A stretch of 63,927 nucleotides of DNA, counting the filler, from Bigelowiella natans CCMP2755 (lineage: Eukaryota > Protista > Cercozoa), in the NCBI GenBank assembly GCA_000320545.1. It is 3 parts of 3 records of this genome, joined end to end, with 100 filler letters (N's around TTAATTAATTAA, not from the genome) between each part and the next. Parts side by side here need not be neighbours in the genome. Positions count along the whole stretch, not along the records: positions 31,509 to 60,703 come from ADNK01000498.1; positions 60,804 to 63,927 come from ADNK01001692.1; 1 more part is not named here. One strand, given 5' to 3'. Positions 50,032 to 61,211 of this stretch are shown one piece after another; positions within the stretch are counted from its first letter, which is position 1; every line of letters starts with the position of its first letter. The position numbers and the translations under genes are program-made. The notes under the pieces were generated by a model that saw only the letters and a list, made by a program, of their open reading frames with translations, was not told the DNA's origin and did not search any database.

Positions 50032-53000
50032 TTACATCGCGAGGCGTGTTCTAATCTGGCGACATATCTTTGTCAAACGCTTCCTCCCTTTAATCGAGGA
50101 CGCAAATTCCAGAACAGCCTATGAGGAAAAAGATATTTCCGGTTTGTAAGAGTTACCGAAACAATGTAATCGACAGGCTGGTTTTCTAAGAATATAATGA
50201 AAAAGGATTGATGATGGATGAGTTGTGTTTACCTCTTTAGAGTCAAGTCGATGCTTCTCCGCATTGACTCCTTGGAAATGCACATCTGCAGTCAGATTTA
50301 ATCTTGAAGGGTACCCTGGGGCAAGTGTTACATTTAGAGCCACTGCTCCTTTATTCTGTGAATTCGTACACAGAATCTGCAGGCTGCGCAGTTTCCCGTT
50401 TTCTTTCTTCAAGAAGATCGTCATGTTGTCTTTGAAATACAGCGTGTGAGCCTCGCTGGCAAGGTCGACAAATCTGCATGTAATCAGACTGAGTTCCTGC
50501 AGGCCTTTGTGAAGACCATTGTTGCTCTTTTTCATGGAAGAAGTAGTGTGCTCAAAAAGTGACTGCGCTTCTGGTGAGTTTACAAGGGCCGCCAAAATCT
50601 GCTTCTTGAAGCTGATTTCCCCATGAAGGTCGTCCCCATTAGCTTTGTTATCCTCTGCAATCCCTGATTTGATGGTAGCCTCGACCACCTTATCGCCATC
50701 CATTTCGACTTTCACCATAAGCACTCCCATCACATCTAGAGTGAATTGCGCTTCTTGACCGTTGCCTCTCTGAAAATCGATGACTCGCTGGCCGACTGCT
50801 GCTTCAAGAACGTGTAACTTGCTCTGGAGCGCTTCGTCCTTTGCCTGCAGCTGCGATAGTGTAGCACGCTGCTGTGCTTGCTGGCCAGATTGCTTTCTTC
50901 GAGCTTCCACCTCCAAGTTATTCTCTGCGACTTGTCTCCTCATCCCATTGATGCGCGTCTTCTTCTCCCCAAGCTCAGAGTACGCCTGCTTGAGAAATCG
51001 TGCATGTTCCATGGCTTCGAGCTTGAGTGCATCCAGATCCGACACGGAGAGGGACAAGGACCGTGAGGAGTTGGTTCCGTTTGCCAATACTTCGTCAAGG
51101 TGACTCGTGATGCGGTTGATTACCACTCTGTCCGATACAATCGCATTCTTATTTCGTTGGAGCTCTTCAAGCACCTCTTCAGTCCTCAGCCGTTCGTATT
51201 CTGCAAATTCGCGCTTAGCATCGAGTCTAAAGGCGTTGTAAGCCTCCTGCAACCGGCGTGAGGCCTCTGCTTGCTGTCCAGGGGAACTTTGGTCGCAAAC
51301 GTGCAGCAGCCGTGGCATATGATGCATGTTGAGGTAGGACTCCATGTGAAGGCTTTCAGCTTGCGATCGTTTGACGCACTCAGAAATGTGGGAGATCCAC
51401 TGCTCCTTCAGCTCAGTGACGAGGCCGGTGATGGAGAATTCCAGCAGCTCTGTAAGGTTTTGGGGTGGCCATCGAGTACCGGTAGTGCCGAACGAACTAG
51501 CCCTTCGCTTCGATTGGAGCTTGGGAAATTGAATTCTCATCTTGGAAAAGAATTGCTCCAGTCTCGCTGTGCTCTCCTCGCTTTGGATTGAAGTGGGGGT
51601 TGTGCTGAAGCTTTGCGGGGTTCCAAGATCCTTGATGATGTCCACTTTTGAATCACCATCGATTGCTAAGTTCCTTTTGCTAGCAGCTGCTGGAGTGATA
51701 GGATGATTGTTATCATTTACCTGCTCTTCGACCACCTCACTGTGGTTTAGAACCTCCACGACTGTCGCCTTATGGTCGGTAGTGTCGTCGTCTTCATCTA
51801 CCTCCATCTCGCCTGCAAGCAACTTCCCGATCATGTCCTCCATATTCCGTGTTACGTCTGAGAGCTGCTCGGGCTTTGGGAGATCACATGTACGATCCTC
51901 TCCGTCTCCGCCCATAATCTTCATCATTTCCTTCGTGTCGTCTCCATTGTCGTCCATTCTTAGCACTCGAACAACCTGTGTGGACTCTCTGGATTCGTTC
52001 AACTCTGCTGCTGGCTTAGATTTTGCTGCAGAGGAGGAGGAGGAGGAGGAAGATGTAGTAGTCAAAGTAGCGGATTTTTCGTCCACTGTTGCGCCTCCGA
52101 CTGAAATAATTCCTCCAACAGCAGTGGTCATATCCATAGTTTGCTCTTCGATGGTGACTTTCTCGCTGTTATCGACTTCTTCCGACTGAACCACCTTGGA
52201 TTCTTCTGCAGCTCCTTCTGCAGCTCCTTCTTTCAAACTTTCACTGGCAATGACACCACCTACGACGCGAGTAATATCCATGGTTTCCTCGTCAAAGTTT
52301 ACGGCATTTTGTGATGGGTCCTCCTTCTCGCTCTCTGCAAGTGCAAATATATCTCCAACGTTCTGAGTCCTATCATCAAAGTCGATATCGTTGTCTTCTT
52401 GTCCTTCGGTTTCAGCCTTGCCTTCGGAAGCCGAGAGAATCTTTCCCACGTTTTCCGTAATTTCCATTGTCATTGAGGCATTTGTGCTAGCTTCTTTACC
52501 TTCTGTAGAGATTGCTCCGGCTGATGTTGGAGCCGTATCGGCCGCAATAATCTTTCCGACATTTTTGGTGAAAGTCATATCGGAAACCTGGGTTGCTGGA
52601 GAAAGCTTCAGGCTGTCACTTGATTTCGAGAGAATTCCTCCCACATTTCGAGTTAAATCCATGTCTGAACTCAAGCTAATAGCCGTGGAATTAAGCTCCG
52701 AACTCTCCTTGTTGGCTTCCTTGCTCTCTGCTTCCCCATTCTGCTTCACGACAACTTCTACTGTCTCCTTGCTCTCCATCTGGGAACCTGCTGGCTCTGC
52801 CACGACAGTTTCACTGGAAGAGAGAATCTTCCCAGCATTTACAGTCATATCCATAGACTCGTCCAATTCCATACCAGATTCTGTGTTTTCGGCATCCCCC
52901 TTGGAGGACTCATTATTGTCCATCTTAGCCTTCATATTGGAGAGAATCTTCCCAGCGTTCACTGTCATTTCCATATCATCTTCCTCGAGAGCAGCATTCC

Positions 53001-54937
53001 CAGTCTGCTCACTGGTATCTTCGCTCGAATTATTTGATACTTCAGAAGTCAATGGGTTATTTTGTTCCTCAATCTTAGGAAGAGGCTCATTTGCAGACAG
53101 AACTTTCCCGATATTAACTGTCATATCCATATTAGAACCCTCCGACATAGAAGATACGTCAAGAGAGGCAGAAGGCGACGAGGAAGCTTCCTCATCTCCT
53201 GCTTCCTTGGTGTCTTCAGTGGCAGAAGCAGCAATAATGGTCCCGACATTTCTTGTCATATCCATCCCTGAATCCTCTGAATATCGTGAAGTGTCAAGAT
53301 TGTCATTCTCAGTGGCTGATTTCCCGGTAGCAGCATCCACGATTGCACCCATGATGTTCATAGTGTTCTTGCCCGTCATAGAAACCACGCTGATATTTTC
53401 TGTATTCTCAGTCGTGATGTTATCCGAGGAACGTTCCAATTGGAGTAGTTCATCCAATGTCTAAAAGAGAAAGCTCGTATCAAATATCGTGACGATCGAG
53501 TGGTAAGACGACCGCAACGTACCTTCGTGTTGTCCGCTGAGACATTCTCATACTGAGCCTGCTGTCCAGGAGACCGCGAGATATCTAAAAAGGTTATGAA
53601 CGTTGAGACTAAATAACAGTTGTCTTTCGAGAACAAGCAAAACATCATATGTCTATTTTCGCACCAAGAATATTCTGAATGGAATGCGTTGCTTGCTTCT
53701 CTGTTCCAGTGGTATTGTCGGATGTAATATCTGCTGTGCTGTCGCGGATCTCAACCTACCAAGGAGAAAATTCGATCAGTAAGAGACATAATGGAGACTC
53801 AATTTCTAGCAGACTAACATTCCACCTCAATAATTTCGTCAGATGCATCGGTGAAACTCTTGCTGCCTTGTTTTGTGTCATCGGGGGAAGCCAGGCCGAA
53901 TCTATCGTTTTTCAATCAAATCACTTTTTAAAAAAACTACTTGGATAATAACGACTGAAATGAAGTCTTACTGTTTCATCAGAGCTAGCTCTTCCTCAGT
54001 AAGAGCAACTTGAGCTTCGGAGTTGGTTGGAGAGAAAAAGGAAACATTGTTTCCACTGACTGCACTGTCTGGTGTCTGCGCCTGCTTGACTCTCTTCGAA
54101 GGAGGAGTCAGCGTGCTTAATGCCTTTCGCATGGGAGATTTACTTGCCTGAAGATTTGTATTTGGGGACTTGAAGCGAGCAGCAGGTACTGCAGCTCCCT
54201 TTCCCAGCTTCAGTGTTGAAGCAGGACTTGATGGAAAATTGTTCTCTTGCTGTATAAATGAATATTCAATTAATTTTTTGGTAAACAACCACATTGATAA
54301 GAATTTTACATCGGTAACAAAGGTCTTCATCCCAGCTATCTTCATATCCTGTTAGAATCGAAATAAAAGATTAGTACATTCGCTTGTCCTATAAGATTCA
54401 AGATTCCACCTTTCCAGCCTCAATTTGAATACTGGGCAGATCAACGGTGTGGTCATTTTCCTAAATCATCAAACTCTTTAGTTGAAATTCAAAGATTTGC
54501 TCTTCAGTAGGAATAGTTACCTCGTAAAACTCGCGAATTCGCTTGGCTCCAAAGCTTACGCGTTTATTCATACGTGATTTCTTCGAGACATTGGACGAAT
54601 TAGGAGCAAATGAAATACTGTGACGCTGTGAAAACACATTCTATGTTACACCATATCGTGGGAAAGATGGGAGAGATAGAAAAGTTAAATGCCTGCACAG
54701 ATCACGTACCTTTTTCATAATAGACTTTCTCCTGCGTCCTTTATTCTTACGGATTGGAGGAGGCTGCAAAAACAGGTAACGATAGACTGTTATTATCCCT
54801 CTTTGTTTGATGAGGCACTTCATCAGAAAGACCCCAAAATCCTCTTTCTCTCAAATCCATGAGACCATCATTCTCAAAATTTTAGATCGGACCTTCTCTC
54901 CGATGATTTCATCAGCATGAATCTTGAAAGTTGCCAT
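50032..54937 (-). CDS. KNL1: Kinetochore scaffold KNL1/Spc105 orthologue
   Basis: N-terminal RRKSIMKK (SILK-type) and KRVSFGAKRIREF (RVSF) PP1-docking motifs. About 9 MELT-like repeats (MDMTRNVG, MDMTVNIG, MEMTVNAG, MDMTVNAG, MDLTRNVG, MTFTKNVG, MEITENVG, MDITRVVG, MDMTTAVG). C-terminal coiled coil and RWD-like region. Confidence 0.9.
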
Positions 54938-55650
54938 GTTTTCCTCTTCACAGGGCTTGGGACTCTGTTTCCTTTTTGTTTCAGGTTAGAGGGAGAACCT
55001 CTCTCTCTATTCTATTCGATGGAGCCTCGTGGGGTCAGCTTGTCAAAAGTTGGCACCTCAATCTTAGTTTTCGCCTTGAGACCTAATAAAAAGTAAGTCG
55101 CAAGCATAAAGTATAGTGCGTCCCGACTTTTACATCAGAAGCATGGAGCTATCCGTTGAATGAATTGGACACAACAGATGCAAAGGGGAATAAGAATAAA
55201 CGACAACATATATCAACTAATGAATCAAGTAAATGTGCTATGGTTTTAGTTGAATTTATCGGATCAAATTGTTAACGATGTACACTGTTTAATTATTCGG
55301 GTCTCCGCTGGATGGTTTCTGGTAGATTTTGAAGACATGTTTCACATCTGGATTCCGCAAGAAAAGGTATGGCATCCAACCCCTGCGTCAAGGTATTTTG
55401 CCCACAAGCAGGATCGAAGCATTTCCAATATGTCGTAGATGCAAATCATCCTCGAATGTTTTCCCCTTTACGTGCATTGAGTTCAAAAACACAGGCCCAC
55501 ACATTTCGCATGCAAAATGCCCATTTTTGGACCTGGTTGGTCAATTTTATCTGCAAAATCCCCTGTAATTTTATTGTCATAGACTCGTGATCTCTGCAGA
55601 TTTTCTCTCCCCCCAGAGACCAATTCTGTAGGAGTAGTAGCACCCTGAAG

Positions 55651-58600
55651 ATGGCAGGTAGAGTTGGTGATCAATTGTTTGTGATCTCAAAGGATGGAAC
55701 CAGACCAATCATGTTACTCTTCTAAACCATAGACGCTGCGTTATACGCGGTCGGAGCTGCAGGTTTCGTATATGCTGGAGGTTTAGGAGCGTACACCTAC
55801 AAAAAATATTTTGCTGCGGTTGGGCCTGACACTTCGGTACGTCCTTTTCATGATGAATTAACTTTTTAGAGCAATGACAATAATATTATTTTCAATTCAG
55901 GCCGATAATAAACCCCTACTGTACGAGGAAAAGGAGGAGACTGACTTGACAGGATGGATATTCAACAACCGAAAAATCATCATAAAAGGTTCTAATTTCT
56001 TCTCAAGTTTTTATATGCTGAGACTGATGAACACCATACTAATCCATCTAGAGGAACTCGGTCGAGGTAACGTCGGAGTGGTATACCGAGCTGAGAAAGA
56101 AGGGCAGGTTTGAATTTCTGTTGATTTCGCTGCGTTCATCTCTTTTTTCCGCACCCAGTGCCCCTCTCTGATTGATCCTTCGGCTTATTCATCAGCCTTG
56201 TGTAGTGAAAAGGCTACTCAAAGACGGGATAACAAATAAAGACTTCAGGATTATAAATGAGCTCAGAAGATTGGTGCACCCCTCCCTTGTTCAATGTCTG
56301 GGTACGAATATGCGATACGAAAGAGAGCAGAGAGTCAGCGATTTTTCTTTTCCCTGAACCCCATCAATTAATCAAGCTGCATTTTGGACTTGGGATATGA
56401 GATTGTATGCATTTATCAGTACTGTGCAAATAGTATTCATCAACGTATAGTGAGTCAATGGTCTGTTACACGATTATACAGGGATTTGCCCAAACTACAC
56501 GTCTCCCAAGATGCTCCAGCAGCCCGTGGTGGTACATATGAAATACTCTTCAAAACAACTTCTTGTGAATATACGACTGGTGAATGGTGAATATGCGTTT
56601 GCTCGCATGTTTTTTATTTTTGGTTGGTGTACATATCCCTGAATTGACTCTCGTATAGTAGCTTGAGAAATCTCGTTTTTCTTCCTCATACAGCAAGATC
56701 AGAAGCTCGGGGAGTCTGGTGCAACGCTCCTCAAGAAGGATGTTCGTTTCATGCGACATTGATGACGATGACAAAACAACGATAGTTTCGGAAGAATAGC
56801 GTTTCATTGTAGGCCGTGAACGAGATATGTACGAGCAATAACGATTTCCCTCACTTTACCGTTCAGGACGTGAAGCTGAAGAATGCGTTCCTGATCGCAT
56901 ATGAGGTTAGTCAGTCGATTGGTCCATAATGGGATGATAATAGTGATGATGATGATATGTTCAATGATGAAACTCAAGGATAGTTTTCTGGCTGTTAGCA
57001 TTTTCCCCTCTCTTTCTCCTCCTCCTCCTCCTCCTCCTCCTCCTCCTCCTCACTGGAACTAATTATCTGTGAACAGCACATGGAAGTTGGCCCTCTCTTC
57101 CATGCCTTGCACGACTCATCGAAATCGTAAGCTTATGAATGAGAGGGGGTCGGGGGAGGAATTACATTTCAATTCAAGAATGAATAAATAGATGGTTATA
57201 TATTTGATTGGATGGTTGAAGTAAGCTTGATGAATTAGAGCACAATGGTGTAATGTCATCATCCTTATCACAATACGATGTATGTACTGTGCAAACGCGA
57301 TGATAGCTTTGACTGGGAGACTCGCGTTCGGATTGCGAAGTCTGTGTGTGAAGCGATGGAGTTGCTTCATCAGCAAAAACCAGCAATTGTGCACGGCAAC
57401 TTGAGGTATTCATATCTGTTACATCTTCTTTGTATTTGCTATATTCTCTTTTTCCCATATACTTAAAAGTTGTCCTCACGCATACGTGTTACAGCTCCGT
57501 TAATGTACTCCTGGATTCCGACCTTGTGGCAAAGGTCAGGGGATACCAATACAACAACAACAACAAGAACAACATGCAACGACAACTTCCTACACTACTT
57601 TTACATCAAAAATACTCGTACAGGCAAAAGCCATAAGTACCCTTCTATTTTATTGATTGTCCCCTCCCCCTTATCATCTCTGTCCGCCTCTTTTTGCCTC
57701 TGTAGGTTTCAGATTTCGGAATGCAGTTTTTGGTGGACACGAAGAATGTGAATAGCAGTCCTCTCTGGACGGCCCCTGAGGTGCTCAAGGGCGCTTCCCC
57801 GAGGAAGGAGTCCGACGCCTTTTCCTTTGGCGTAATTTTGTAAGTATCAATCTTAACTTTCACGATATTGTTGCTGCAAAAGTTGTTGTTATTACATCTC
57901 CATGGTAGTCATTGGAGAAAAAACACATGAGATGAAGTATTGACTTATATCTGCGTTACGACGTCTGTTGGTAAATTGCTTCAGGTGGGAACTAATGACT
58001 CGGCGTGTGCCCTATGTTGCTGGGGTAGACAGGGAAGTTGGAAACGTTCGTTGGCAGCAAGTGCAAAAGGTGATTAATTTATGTAGCTTAACCATAGAGG
58101 GGGGGTGGGGACAGCCAGAGAACACAAGTTTGCAGGGGAGGACAACGACGCGTTGGCTTTATGGTATTTATCATCGTCGCATAATTCATTAGGTTAAGAA
58201 TGGTGAAAGGCCTCCTTTGCCCTCGGGTCTCCCAGCTGTCGTTGATAAACTCATCACAGACTGCTGGCAAACAAGCCCGAGCAGACGACCCAATTTCAAG
58301 CAAATACTGCAGGTCTAGAACTGCATCACCATCATCATCATCATCATCAGCATTATCATCTGTCGCAGTCGTTGTCGTTGTCGTTATGTTATGTTATAAT
58401 GATTAAAATGATGACGACGACACGGGCATGGGCAGCTGGTATTGGTAGGAATAAGAATATAGGGAGTTTTGGCCGCGTGATCGCAACAACATGGAAGGGG
58501 ACAAGAGTTGCTGTGAAACTGATCGATATGTATGCGGAGGTAAACAGACGAATATGAGGAGGAGGAGGAGGAGGAGGAGGAGGAGGAATGTTGTGCTGCG

Positions 58601-58670
58601 CGGGCACCTATTTGATGATAGGATGACGATTGTGATGATCATTAATATCATCGTTGCCACGAGAGAGATG

Positions 58671-58709
<39 letters not shown>

Positions 58710-58796
58710 AGAGAAGGGGGGGGGAAAGGTTGGGAGGTCTATCTCATCATCTTTAATACGTCCCTGTCAGACGTCTTCTGGTTCATCCTCCACCTA

Positions 58797-58827
<31 letters not shown>

Positions 58828-58842
58828 ATATTCTTATCTCTC

Positions 58843-58888
<46 letters not shown>

Positions 58889-60703
58889 GGTTACTCGGAA
58901 TCAGGCTCAAGCATTCATCACTGAGCTCTCGATTCTCTGCGGCCTCAGGCACCCGAATGTTGTTCTCTTCCAGGTGGTATTGTTGTTGTTGTTATTGTTG
59001 TTGTCCTCTCGTAACAAATCAACGATCACCTCCTAGTTGCACTGTGCATGCTGTCTTTTTGTGAGGAGCTGCGAACATAATTCTTACTTTGTCGATTTGT
59101 CACTCTTTTATAGGGGGCTGTTTTGTCGCACGAGAAGTACATGTGCATCATCATGGAGCTGTGCGAAAGGAACTCGCTCTATGACGTATGGACGTTTCTC
59201 TTCGTCCCCTTTCTCGATCACCACAATACCAATCTCTTCTTCTTCTTCATCTTCTCCATCATCACCTAGGTGCTAAATGATAAGAACGAGTCCCTTGACT
59301 ACAACGCGCAGATGAAGATGCTTCTGCAGATTGCTGAGGCAATGGACTACCTGCATCATGGGTACTTTTATGCTCCTCTCCTCAAGCAATGTGCCCTACA
59401 TTATCCATATATCTCGTCATCATCATCATCATCATCAATTATCACAAAAATGCAGAAGCAAGGAAGGTTGTCTTTCGCCACTATTGATTTCTCATTTTAT
59501 AACCCCCCCCCTCCTCCCCCTTCTCTGTAGATTTCGCAAAGATCGCCCTGTTCTCCACTGTGATCTGAAATCAGGAAACATTCTCTTAACGAGGGATTAC
59601 GATATAAAGGTATACGCACAAGCAGATATGTCTGCCTACCGCTAATGCTCTGCTCCTTTCCTTCTTCCTTCTTTCTCTAGCTATATCTCCTTCTCTGCAT
59701 TCTCTTACCGATGCATGTTCATTTCGTAGGTCTGCGACTTCGGTCTCTCTCAAATCGTGCAGAAGCGTCTCTCAGGGGCAGGTATTTAGAATACAGCTAG
59801 CAATAAGTATCACTAGGTTTGTATGCTGAAAACGCCTTGTTTTCCGATGTAAATCGGTGTGCTTTGCTATGTAGTCTGCCACCACATTCTTGCCGTACGA
59901 TGATGACGATGATGATGAGAAGAAGTGATACAACCACTGCCGTGTCTCTTATTAATATTCTAACACCACCACCACCACCACACCAACAGTGTCTGCAGCT
60001 GGTAACCCCTACTGGACAGCACCGGAGGTAGTAAATAAGAGTTAAATTGATACTACATCCATCCATCCATCCTTCCATCCATCCATCCTTCCATCATCGG
60101 GTTCGATCACTCCAAAGTTTGAAGTTGGAGAGAATAACTTCTCCAATGATTTTGGTCGATTGTCGCAGAACCATGCATGCATGAATCATCACCATTTTAC
60201 ACTAACCCATCCTCAGAGATCATTCCGACAATATATCATCGTTGTCGTTTCTCAGCCGTCCCCCTGCACATTTCTGCTAAATTCAACTCAGTCAGCATTC
60301 TTGCCGTGATGTATAAAGGTGATGGCAGGAGCTGAGTACACCAAGGCATCTGATGTGTACAGCTATGGCGTTGTCGCGTGGGAGATTTTTGCGAGGAAGA
60401 GGCCTTTTCCTTCGATGAACCCGCACCAAGCTACCTTAGCAGTTCTCATGGAAGACGCGAGGTAGTCAACAAGCAATACAGACTAATTGGGGGGGGGGCG
60501 GACGCGATCACACATATCGTTGATGTTGCTGTTTCTTTTTGTTTCAGAAGTAGAAGTGATAGTAGCAGTAGGGCTTGATAGTTGTATTTCGTCGAAATGT
60601 CCCATAATTTGCTCATGCTTGCTGGAAACCGTTTTTCCTTATTCTTCTCATTATTATAACCCTTGCCCCCCCCCCCCCTCCTCCTCCACCAACAAAAAAA
60701 TAT
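55651..60703 (+). CDS. Membrane-anchored tandem TKL-group protein kinase (pseudokinase plus kinase), truncated at gap
   Basis: N-terminal hydrophobic anchor. Domain 1: LGRGNVGVVY, VHGNL, SDFG, WTAPE, SDAFSFGVIL. Domain 2: IGSFGRV, VAVK, LRHPNVV, LHCDLKSGNILL, VCDFGL, YWTAPE, SDVYSYGVV. Confidence 0.88.
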
Positions 60704-60803
60704 NNNNNNNNNNNNNNNNNNNNNNNNNNNNNNNNNNNNNNNNNNNNTTAATTAATTAANNNNNNNNNNNNNNNNNNNNNNNNNNNNNNNNNNNNNNNNN
60801 NNN
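60704..60803. other. Artificial contig linker (N44-TTAATTAATTAA-N44)
   Basis: Same six-frame stop linker as at 31409. Confidence 0.97.
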
Positions 60804-61179
60804 ATGCGAAGCCAGCCGAGAAGCTGTGCCTGCGCAGGAGGCGCTTCTGGCGCGAAGGGTGTCGACTAATGAGAGTAGTGCGCACACAGTTTTGGCCTCA
60901 GATGTCTCGTGCCTCCGGCCTGCGATCAGGAACAGCGATTTATCGTTTCGCCCACGTTCTTTCTTCGAATATAGTTCCCTGAAAGCGGCCGTCACCGAGG
61001 CTGTGGATGGAATCCTGTTTCTTTCGGAGAAGAGCAGAAGCCGGCGGTGGGGACAGCACTAGATTCACGAGGACACCGGGCATGCCTGTAACCACAGTGG
61101 GGGGGGGGGAGGGGGTTAGATGCTGTTCCTCCTCGCGCAGGGATGTGATCCTCGGAATTCGTGATAGTAATGATGATGA

Positions 61180-61211
<32 letters not shown>

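Noticed and set aside
52391-53464. 357-aa plus-strand ORF
   Set aside because: Antisense shadow of the KNL1 repeat exon.
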